Origin: Ramazzottius varieornatus
Taxonomy: Eukaryota; Animalia; Tardigrada
Assembly (NCBI GenBank): GCA_001949185.1
Contig: BDGG01000001.1
Coordinates: 786,207 to 850,206, forward strand
DNA: 64,000 bases
Reading direction: 5' to 3'
The translations under genes were made by a program, and so were the position numbers. This document shows positions 52,187 through 63,400 of this stretch, piece after piece. The first letter of the stretch is position 1. Each line of letters begins with the position of its first letter. The notes below the pieces were generated by a model. That model had not been told where the DNA came from. It did not search any database and saw only the letters and a program-made list of their open reading frames with translations.

Positions 52187-54356
52187 ATGGCTCATTACGG
52201 GCGGAATTATCGGATATTATCCCTTTTAATTTGGACTTTCTGCTTGAATGGATTCACCGACGCGGCTCTTCCACCGGCCAGTAGATGCGACAAGATCAAG
52301 GTTAAATTCTGCCAGAATGTGGGATATACGTTGACCAAGTCGTATGACGATGATTTCCATTATCAACACCAGGTAAGTACTCCGATACTCAAATTCAGTT
52401 TGTAAATCCGCGAAAATTTTATCTGCCTTCTGTTGCTTCCAAAATTTTTCAAACATTCTTCAGATTATCCGCTCGGTATAAAATAGTTGCTGGAATATTT
52501 TGACCGATAAATTGTGACTGACCTGCAAAAAGAGAGTCGATATGGATTTTCTTTTGGAAATTGACGAAATTTAAAATTCAGTCGGTCAGAACGGCGTTCC
52601 AAAAAACGAACCACCTGTTTGTTCCTGAATCCAACTCATTCCTTTTGTTCTGTTTTTGTAGAAGGAAGCTGAACAAGCAATCAACGAGTTCCTGCCCTTG
52701 GTCCAGTCACAGTGTTCCCGCCACTTGCCGCTCCTTCTCTGTTCGGTCCACGTTCCCATGTGTTCTCCGGAGCTTGAACACATCGTCCCGGTCTGTCACG
52801 AAGTCTGCCACTCGGTCCGCTCTTCGTGTGAACCTCTCCTCAAGAAATTCCTCCACACGTGGCCGGCCAACCTGAACTGCTCGGGTCTTCCCGAAAAGGA
52901 TCTGTGCATCCCTCTGAGAGATGCTGAAACAGTAACGGACCAATTCACCCACCACACCCTTCCCCACATGGCCGATCTCTTCACCACAACGCCTCGCACG
53001 AGACCATCCAGAAAAACTCCTTCCACAATTCCATACTCCCCCCAACCCGTTCTCTCCTGCCCCCTTTCGCAAATACCCATCGTCACTTCCTCTTCCACAC
53101 AGACCTGTGTCTCTTTATGCGATACAGAAGCTCACTTTACGCCGTTCGAGAAGAGTTTAGTCGAGGTGATCACGGCGGTTTTGACAGCGTTAGGCTTCAC
53201 TCTGAACATTCTGACTCTCCTTTCCTTCCTCATCACTCGTTGTTCGCGTTTCGCCTACCCAGAACGACCCATCGTCTACATAGCTTCGTCCTTCGTTTTT
53301 TTCTCTCTGGGTTACGTGGTACGCTTGATCGGCGGAAGAGAAGGTAGCTGTAGCGTGGACCTGCGAGGAAACCTCCATTTGGCGGCACATAGTCACAACC
53401 TGACCAACCTGTGCTCCTTCCAGTTTCTCTTGTCCTTCTACTTCTACAACGCAGCCTGCCTGTGGTGGGTCTGCATGACTGCCTCGTGGTTCCTAACGGC
53501 GTGCAAGCGATGGTCGTCGGAGGCGTTAACCGAGTTTGCTGGGAGATATTACCATGTTTTCGCCTGGGGTATCTCTGCTGTTTTGACGGCAGCTGTCCTA
53601 CTGTGGAAAAAAGTGGACGCTGATGAATTATCAGCAATGTGTTCCGTGGGCTTCACGGATACTTCTTCTGCCCTGGCCTTTGTTATCATTCCATCGTCTT
53701 GTTGTCTCTTACTAGGTGGAGTACTGTCAGTGGCCGGAACCATCAGCGGAATCAAAATACGAAATTCCATCACTTCGTGCGTGACAATCAATGGTCGTTT
53801 ATCAACTGGACCATGCGAGCAATCAATTTCCGCCCAATCAAGCAACCGGAACGTCTCACGATCGTCCACCGAAAGAATCGACCGCATAATATGGAAGATG
53901 TCCCTGTTTTCTCTCCTCTTCATCGTCTTTCTGTCAGTTTCGATCGCCTCGAACGCTGTTCTGTACGTCAAGCTGGTGAATTCGAATAGGGAAGAGAATG
54001 TATTGGGAGAGTTGTCAGCGGTTGTCTACGTGAGGCTGCTAACGCCGTTGCTGCTCTGTGTTCTTACTTCCGGATGGCTCTTCACCAGGAAGACTGTGGA
54101 GTCGTGGAGGGATTGCGTGAAGTGTTGGACGAGCAGGTGCTGGAGGAACAGGGAAAAAGACGAGAGAGAAAGGATGCTGACGAAGACGGAGCGGAGGACG
54201 GGGACAGTTGCGGAATCAACAGTTGTTCCGCTCTTGACCACCTCTTCGCCTTGGACACCGCCACCTTCACGAATGTCCGGCCTGCCCACACCACCAAACA
54301 CCGTCACGGACAGTGGAAAGTGGACACATTCATTGGAGGGTTCCGAAAAAGTCTAA
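52187..54356 (+). CDS. Frizzled family Wnt receptor, divergent (exons 52187-52372 and 52662-54356)
   Basis: Signal peptide and 10-Cys CRD, RFAYPERPIVY, WWVCMTASWFL, HVFAWGI, VDADELSAMCSVG and KTxxxW (KTVESW). Phase-0 GT-AG intron. Subfamily not resolved (Fz4/9/10-like suspected). Confidence 0.95.
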
Positions 54357-54408
54357 AAGGTAAGCAGGTCAGCCATTTTCTGAAGACTGCAGACTCCCCC
54401 AATCAAGA

Positions 54409-54621
54409 CAGTGGCGCGCCAAACAGTGTTTCCGGTAGCCATGGCTCCCGCAATTCTGAGCTCTAACCAGTGAAAACAGCGATCGGCTACCGGGAGTTTT
54501 TTGCCAGAGTGGTAGCCGAAGGGCAACCCCAAGGGGAGTGACCATTTGGGCTACCGGAATTTTCTCTGGACTTCCGTGGCCACATAGTCCGGCTACCGCA
54601 ATTTTTAAACGCGCGCCACTG
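54409..54621. mobile_element. hAT-type MITE in the Frizzled 3' flank
   Basis: TIR CAGTGGCGCGC / GCGCGCCACTG with perfect 8-bp TSD AATCAAGA. Internal GGCTACCG/GGTAGCC motifs. Confidence 0.9.
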
Positions 54622-57247
54622 AATCAAGAAGTCCAATCGAATGTTCACGTACAGCTTAATTCCTCCGATGACGTAGCAAGGATAAGTGGCGGCGTTACGT
54701 CATTCGCGGACTGTATGGATTAATTTTTGGGCTGTGGCACCGCCTTGATTTTGAGTGACCAGTGTGATGCAGGGCCGTGCTCAGTAAAACTATGTTGGAT
54801 TCTTTCCAGGCTTTCGGATGATCAGATGATCCTGACATTGAGCTTTCGACTTGGAATTCTCATGGTGAAAAGAAAGATTTAAGTGGATAGGATAGAAACT
54901 TTTCGGTGGAAGCACGGTTGAGTAAAGACGTGAAGAGGGTGCTTAGAGGCTAGAGCGCACAGAAATAGCTTTTGATTGCCGCGGCTTGGCTTGAAGATGA
55001 AAGATGTGCCGGCAACCTCAAGGCAAATAGCAAGATAGACACTTTTAATTGCTATTTTTGGAGGATTTACGGTCTTTTGAAACTGAGTACACCGGAATAC
55101 GGCCTTAGGTCAAGATTGATTTATGTTGCATTTATTGGGCGTTGTCGACATTCTGTGATATCGCCGCTTTTGCTTTCTCCTGATCCGTCCTGAGTGTTCC
55201 TTTTGATAGACTATTTCCAGCTGTTTCTTTCAATTTCACGGCATGATCCTAAGTTTTCTCAATTTTACGGAAAAGCATACTATTGGATTTTCGTGGAAAA
55301 CAGCAGACAAACGACGAAATTCGTAGAACTTCCTCACACCTGCATACGTCGAACACTGGGATTACTGTGCAGCGCCGTTCTTCGCGACCTCGAGATTGTC
55401 ACCTGTGAAAATAAATTAAAATGATAAGTCTAGCTTTTGTTGAAGGTGCTATTCGATAGATTCATATTCAAACTGGAGATTGTCGAATGTCTGCGGAAGT
55501 AGAGCATTGAGGAAGAGTATGATGAGGAGAAAGGTTTCACAGCAGATAATCGTTCGTTTGTTTTCCCGGTGTAAAGGTAAACAAGTATCGCTTCATCTTT
55601 GGACTTGTTTGATCAGGTTGCGATAAAATGAAGAGAGAATATTAACATCAAACAGTGCAAGTGTATCAATAAAGCTGGGCCGGAAAATGCATTCAACAAG
55701 TGTCGCAGTTATTCCGTGTGTACCATTCACGAGGGCTAAACAAACATGGAGAGCCGGCTAACGGGCCACGAAAATAACCGCTTGTCTATTCATACCGTGC
55801 GTTCGCGTTCAACACTTTACACTTTCCATGTGAATATTCCAACCTCGATTGTCCACTGAATCGATAAACCACTTGTTGCAGGTCCGCAAGTATTTCCTCA
55901 AAAATGTGTTATGCATTTGTGTTTTGCATTTTCGCACGTTCCTACGAGAGGCGCCTAGCATCGACGCTGTCATGCCAATTGACAGAAAGAGCATACTTCT
56001 CCGTTAAGTCCAACCCACCAAATTGGTTTGGTCTTCGCTGAACATCGGATTCGGTGGTTTAGAGAGAGCGGTTATTTTCATTAATATCGAGTTTTAGCGG
56101 AAATTAAAGCCTAAAGCAGACGGATTCGCACGGCCTCCTTTCTACAGTTATGACGAACATGGTAGAGAATAACCTGATTCTGGTAAATCAGTGAGATACA
56201 GAAAAGCTTCAACTCTGTATTTTTCGGGAATGGCGATGGAAAACAATTATCGTGTTTATTTTTCTGTAAAGCTGAACTTCCGGTTAATTTGGGGAGGAAA
56301 GGTATTTATGATGAGAGCTTCGAGCCTGCTCATCTGTCCACAAGAGTATCTGGCCGCAAAGTCAAGTAGCCTTGCCGACATCCACTTGACTTGGCTACAA
56401 TGGCAGGCGTCCAAAACTGGCCAGCATAACATGCCCATCTGCCCTGACATGGAGATACTCTCCTTGAGAAAGTTGAGAAATGAATATAACAGTCACTGAA
56501 AACTGGAGTGGTCTTCGTGAGGCTACAGTGGAAAGTTTCGAGGAAGGGTGCATTTTGCTCGGTCAAATTTATGAGTATTGTCTGGAACTCACGACACGAT
56601 CTGGACTACCAGACGCGACCTCCGCGAGCGCTGGGCTGCAGAATGGAAACTTAAGCTCCAACACGGAAGATAATTAATCCATTTAGCATACAGTACTTGA
56701 GAAACCATATGAAAGTCGGATGAACATTATTATTTAGATTAGGTTATCGAATTTCTTGAGTGCATTGTAATCTTGAAGGTAAACACGAGCCTCCAACACG
56801 GAAGTGGTCGACTGGTCTTTCGACTAACGCATAGGAACGCCTTACTAAGGCTTACTTCGTAAAGAAGTTATCACAATTGTCCGAGCTAAAAATATCAAGT
56901 CGGGAACTGTCAAGAGCAGGCTCGACAGGAATGGGGTGAACGAGCTTCAACGGGGGTCAGGTGCGATGTTATGAGGGGAAAAAGCGCCATCTGTAGTTAC
57001 GAGGTAGGGTCCTGGTAATGTTATATGGCACACAGGGTGTAATACGGTTACTCACGTAGTGTAATACCAAGTAGTGTCATGTCATGTTGTTGTGGGATTA
57101 ACCGGGTTATCCAGCTTGGGGGAATTTCCACAATCTGCTCCACGCTGCGCACTTGCTTCCATGCTTTATAGCTTGAATTCAGATGGTCGAAGACTCAAAG
57201 TTGAAGGTTACGGACTTTGATCGTCTCGGAGCACAGGTCAGTTCATC

Positions 57248-60144
57248 ATGGACGCGAAGTCATACTTGGACCAGAAGTCGCACCATACACTGCACGATCT
57301 CAGCAAAGTTAGCGCCGTGGAGCAAATACTGAACAAGATGGCTCCCTTTACGTATCCCGTCGTTGCTGCATTTGTCCTCTTTCTGTGTGGAGTAGCAGCA
57401 TGGCTAGTGTACTATCGCTGGAAAAATCGAAGCTTTCCACCTGGACCGATCGGTGAGATAATAAACATGAATATTCATTTGTATTCAACTTGCATGTCGC
57501 CGCATGTACATGCGTACTTCCGGTGTGTAGTGTGTCCGCGGACTGCTGTGCGCAGGTGGATGAATTCATCTTTGTGTCTGTTGCACGTACCTGGGTACTT
57601 CCGGTCTGTAGGCTGTTCATGGCTTATTGTGAGCAGGTGGACAGAAGGCTTTGTTTTTCTTCGTCGTAGGTTTGCCTTTCCTTGGCTACCTACCTTTCCT
57701 GGGTGGTTACCTTCCAGAGAAGTTCGCTAGGCTTTCAGCAACTCATGGAGATGTGATGACGGTACAGCTGGGGAAGAAACAAGCGGTCGTCTTGGGAAGC
57801 TTGGATGCTCTGCGAGCTGCTTTCGTCGATCAAGCTACCGTCTTCAGCGGACGCGGTGACGTCTTTCTTCTTCGAGAGTTGTGGGATGGCAATGGCGGTA
57901 TGTTGATTCTTTCTGGATGACCAGCGTTATTCCATCGTGTTTGTGCTGTTTAACGTTGACAAGGTGGAGGAATTTTGAATCGTTTTAGGAATTTTGATGA
58001 GCGAGGGAGCCAAATGGAACTCGCTTCGCTCCTTCACCATTGCCAACCTGAAACTCAACGACGCAATGGATGCTATCAAAGCAGAAACAATGGAGGTGAT
58101 CAGTGTGTTGAAAACTCATCTGGCCGCAGGGGATATGCCGCAGGATTCTCGTAAGATTGCATCGAGAATATATGTAATAATATTCCACCGAAAAGGAAAA
58201 TGATTGCAGACCAATCTGTCTGATCTCTGGTGTCGGTTTTACTTTTAGGAAGTTTTCTAATGCAAGTTGTCGCCAATGTGGGTTGTCACTGGACTTTGGG
58301 ACAACGTGTACCATACGTTGACCAAACATTCCAAGCCTACTTGGCAAACTTCCGTAAAGTGGCCGACCTGATGCACCATTGCAGCAGCTCGGCACTGGTT
58401 CCCTCTTTGAATCCGGTCTCCTCCAAAACTCCACAGATGGCCAAACTTGAGAAGGAATTCCAGGTGCGAAATATAAATTTCTTCCGACTCTTTGTTCAGC
58501 TAATTCGTTTGCTGAATTCCCGAAATCTGTCCGCTCGGCTTGCATCATGCACCCACGTACACCGACTCGTACATTTTCTGCGAGGCAGGTGTATGCAGGA
58601 GGGCGCGGAGCCTGACCACTTGGCATTCCCTTGGCTAGTATAATTTTCAATCACGAATATTTCTGTAGGATAAAATTGACTATATTCGCACCCTGATGCT
58701 GGCTTCGCTGAAGCACAATAAGCCGAATTTCGCGGGAGACTTCTTGGCCAAGAGCAAGGATAAGACAGACCGCGAGAGTTCCCTCTACACTGGTAAGCCA
58801 TTTGTGCCCAAAGTTGTGTAATCTCTTTGGGAAAATCCGAAAGCGCGATGGGTTGCAAAAGCCTTACTATCTGTCTTTTGTATGAACCTTAGAAAGGGAG
58901 CTGGTGATGGTTCTGAACGATCTGTGGGGCGCCTCAACCGAAGCCGGCACTTCCCTGCTGCAGTGGGCTGTCTTCTACATGATCAAGTACCCCACGATCC
59001 AGCGCACCGTCCAAGAGGAGCTCGACCGTGTTATAGGAGCACCCAAAGGTGGAATAATCGTCGACGCTGATAAAGGTAAGAGTGACGAGAACTATTAGGA
59101 GCCCGATAAATAGACTCGATAAGAACGTTTTCTAAGTGGCGCACGCTTCCAGCCAGTGTTACCGTTAATGTGCGCCACTTGGAAAATACAGTCTTGTCGA
59201 GCTTGTTTCGCGAGCATCTAATTCGAAAAGTGGACGAGATTTGTCCAGGAAAATGACAGTTGCTGCGGTTTCTTCTGATATGGCGTTTTCTTTGCAGTTC
59301 AACTGCCGTATACAATGGCCACTCTCCAAGAAATCGAGCGATGTGCTTCGGTCTCGCCTTTCGGCGTTCTCCGATGCAACACAGAAGCGACAGACCTCCG
59401 TGGCTACACCATTCCGCCTCGCACTCTGATTATTCCCAACCTGTGGCAGATCCACCATGACAAGGCCAACTGGGAAGATCCGACAACGTTCCAGCCAGAA
59501 CGCTTCCTGGATGCCAAGAGGAACGTGACTCGACCTCCTTACCTCGTCCCGTTCTCCATCGGTAAGTACGAAAAGAAATTGGGAGCATGGCCATCAGACT
59601 CGACAAGATTGTTTCCCAAGTGGCACACGCTTTCTGTCAGTAACGCTGAACATGTGCGCCACTCGGGGAGCCGGCAAAGTCGACAAAATGGCTTTCCCAG
59701 GCGGCGCACCTTTGCAGTACTGTCGACTAGAAGCGTGCGCCACTTCGAAAAAAAAGGCTCTGTCCGCTTTGCTTGTTTTCCCAAGTAACGCACGTGTTCA
59801 GTGCTATGTTTCGGAAGCGTGAGCCACCTTGAAAAGGATCTTCACGGGTTTTTTGTCCTGGCACAAATTTTTCTTTTGAACATGTTGTCAGTCAAGACAG
59901 CAGTCACTGACACCGAAACCTTCTTCTTCTCTCAGGTACTCGAGCTTGTCCGTTCCAGAACGTGGCCGAGTCCATGCTGTTCTCTTTCTTCGCCAACTTG
60001 CTTCATTGCTTCACCCTGGACACTCCAGCCGGACAGACTCTTCTAACCGAAAGTGATCGTATCTCAGCCTTGACTGATCGTCCCAAGGACTTCCAGTTTG
60101 TGGTTAAGGCTCGTTATGAACAACTTTTGCCTGGCTCAAACTGA
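57248..60144 (+). CDS. Cytochrome P450, CYP2-clan-like, with atypical catalytic motifs (8 exons)
   Basis: TM anchor, PPGP.GLPFLGYL, WNSLR, I-helix DLWGASTEAG, EIER, PERF and heme motif PFSIGTRACPF. Confidence 0.92.
59134..59829. repeat. AAGTGGCGCAC-N25-GTGCGCCACTT palindromic units in P450 introns (1 single + 3 tandem)
   Basis: Units at 59134-59180, 59618-59664, 59699-59745 and 59783-59829. Further copies at 29103, 30201, 60966, 63259 and 63356. Confidence 0.85.
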
Positions 60145-60467
60145 GCGTTGTTTCTCGGTTCAAATCCTGTCTGGTACATTCAGTCTCTCGTTTCCAACAC
60201 ATTGCCGAGGTATGTCTTGCGCCTTCCTCACCGCTCACTGAGAGACAAATGATGTCTTCCATGTCATTTGAGTTTCCCCAAAGTAATCTCGCACCTCTTA
60301 GTGTCCTCATCCGTGATTTTCAGATTTCTTATTTTTATATCAAACAATTTCAGACTCCTTGTCCATTTTTTCCTGATGTTTGTCACGTGGCAATAAATTT
60401 CGGAAAATCCAACAAAAGGTGTGAAATTGGAATGTAAGTCGTTAACTGTTGGCTTGCTTCTTCGAAA

Positions 60468-63400
60468 ATGGCCAAAAGTTCTGCTTCAGCCACCAGTCTG
60501 TCGCCGAACGACAAAACCGCTTCAAAGCTCTCCTCCAAAGCTGGTCTACTCGGCACTGGTCTTTTCAGCGGCAACAACGCCACGAAGAACGCAACCAGCG
60601 CCACCTTCTCCACCGCCCCACTCCCGGCTGTCCAATCTCTCCCTTTACTTCCTCACGAATCAGCTCTGGAACGAGCGAAGTCTGATGCCCTGAAGTATCT
60701 GGAGAACTTTCAAGCCAACAAGGCCAAACTGCTGGACGCGGTATTCACCAAAGCGTCCTTGTATGCTCGGGTGGACGAAGAAGAAGAGAACGACGAGGAC
60801 CGCTATATTGACTCGTTGGTACCATTCCCGGAAGAACTACCACCGCTCTATGCTGTGCTGGTCCATCGGCTGGAACACGACGCCAATTTCGACCGTTTGA
60901 TTCCTTTTGTACTACGAAGAGTAAGTTGCGACGCGCAAATATGAACTGAGCCACATCGTTGCTCTGAGTGGCGCACATTTTCGTTGTTATTGGCCGAGAC
61001 CGTGCGCCACTTATAAAGACGATCTGGGCGACTTCGCTTGCCGACTTACACTATCAACGATTGATTTTGTATTATTTCTAATCTGAGTTCGTCATGGAAG
61101 TAATGTTTGTAGTCAGTTCATCTTGTAGTTGTTTGAGTTTGGGAACGAGTACCTTTTCATCGAGTACATTTGGCAACGTATCCAAGCGCGCGATACCCAA
61201 GTGGAGCAAGTCTGCTACGAGAACGCCGTTGTCCTGGTCGAAGCCACCGCCGAGTACGTTGACGTCAACCACCGAATCGACAAGTTCCGCGATGACGTCG
61301 TCACCCTCGACGACCGCGAAGTGTATGACAACCAGCTGAAGAATATCCGATCAGCCAAGAAAGCTACCCAGACCACCAGCATTATCCTGCAGAATGTGGC
61401 TACGTTGATCGAGAGGATCAGTGCCGTCCGGCCGACGTTGCAGCACTACGACGACGCGCTGCCTGCAGCTGCCCGCGGCGAGATGGTCAAGGCCTTGCGA
61501 CACCTGACGTTGGCCGAAGAGAAGAGCCAACATTTACCGGCCAACATCAGCTTTGTCAAGTGGCTGGCCGAGGCCATTACCGACACGAAGCAACGCTTGA
61601 TTGTTGCGTCGCTTCAAGGTACAAAGACCCATGTAAGGAAGACAGACACCTTCTCCCTTAACTGACAAGTCCTCTTGGCCAATGTTATCCAGTTGAACAG
61701 GGTCTTGTCGCTTGGTAGGCGTCACGAAAACGCTGGAGACCCTACGGACACAAAATAGCCAAGTGGGCTACGTGACCTTGCGCAATATCTGCCGAACCAG
61801 AGGCATCTTCGTGGCCCCCTACCATGTCCGCGAAGGGGCCAAGGCTACCGTCCCCATCGACGTCATTGCAGCCGGCAAGACTACCATCCAGCAGAACATG
61901 AATATTCGACCGCTCTTACGCTACCGACATGTCGTCCAGACCTTGATCAACGAAACGCGGGGATTGGACTCGGCTAGGGTTGCCTCGACCCGGGGTCACT
62001 TACGTAAGAAACCCTTNNNNNNNNNNNNNNNNNNNNNNNNNNNNNNNNNNNNNNNNNNNNNNNNNNAGTCTGGACCAGTACAAAGGCTGGACCAAGCGAA
62101 AACGACGGCACCGTCAAGATCACCCGTAGAAAATTGACAGGACCTGCATTCAAATCCATGCCTTTCGTAATAATTTTCTACGGTTGAATTTGACGGTGCC
62201 GTATTTTTCGCTTGGTCCAGCCTTTGTACTGGTCCAGACTACGCTTTCGTGCGTGTACGTAGAAAAATTGCTAAGGTACTCGAAGTCCCGGGCAGCGGAT
62301 ACAAAATGTTTTACAGTTTCAAGCGGAAATACCTCAGTTCTTGTTTACCGCAACGCTCGCTTGATAAGCTGGCTTCCATCGACTGCACGCTATTTTCAGT
62401 CATGAGCCTTATTCCTACGAACTTTTTTATTCAGGTTTGATCGAAGCTCGGACATTGGCTAAACAGACATACAGGAACACTGCTCTCATTGTTATCATGT
62501 ATGTTTCAGATGATGGAAAGGCAAAATCAAGTTCTTTCAACACTGCAAAAAGTTGAGAAGCTGTCGTCGACCAGCGCCCTTCGACTTTTCCTCCAGAACA
62601 GTGTCGGGACCTTTGCTTCCGAGCTGTACATCAGCCACATGATACCCGGCATCTCCTCCGAACTGTACTACAACGAGCTGTGGCGTAGCGCTTCTCATGT
62701 CACTACCGAAAGCTTGGTGGCCAGCCTGGGCCTGGTCGTTGACGAGCCCACCTACCGCGAGACTCGCGACCTGCTGCATCTCTTCATCGAAGCCGTCCAA
62801 GCTCTTCGCTGTGACGCCACTCAGATTATCGCCACCACCGAGAAGTTCGGCTACCGCTTCATGTCGTTCTTGTTGATTTCACTGCGAGGCAAGCTGCAAA
62901 AGAGCATTGCAGAAGACCAATTCGACCCGGTGGTTATGAGTACTCAAGATGAACGGCCAGCGCTGGAAGGCACGCTGGGCTTCTGGTTCGACGAGCTGCC
63001 TTTGAACTTCCCCAAGCAGCTACCCTTCTCGCCGTGTGTGACGCAGATCGTCGACGCCCTGAAAGAATACATCACCAAGCTAATCGGGCTGTGGAGAGAC
63101 ATGTTCTACGCTATTGACGTTAGTGCGCATCAGACGGTGATTCTGACCAAGCACTTGATCGAGAACGACCTACGAGCAATGTTCTCGCAAAGATATTCAG
63201 CAAGTATGTCCCAACTTGCTTCAATTGAGCCGTGTATTTACGCCCAGATCGTCACTTCAAGTGGCGCATGTTTTAGACGTTGATGGCTGACAGACTGGCT
63301 GTAAACATGCGCCACCTGAAAAAAAACGGTCTTGTGAAGCTTCATTATTTTGGCCAAGTGGCGCACCAGGTACAGTGCGCCACTTGTGGACACGATCGTC

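Noticed and set aside
54700-57200. Short ORFs between Frizzled and the P450 (also 10.3-13.6 kb)
   Set aside because: No recognisable domains or consistent exon chains.
59618-59829. CRISPR-like look of repeated arms with fixed-length unique spacers
   Set aside because: The context is a eukaryotic intron, the arms are inverted pairs rather than direct repeats, and no cas genes are present. Reported as a palindrome family instead.
63187-63200. GC-AG donor (TCA|gcaagt) in the Sec15-like gene
   Set aside because: The adjacent GT donor (GCA A|gtatgt) gives the phase needed for the next exon.
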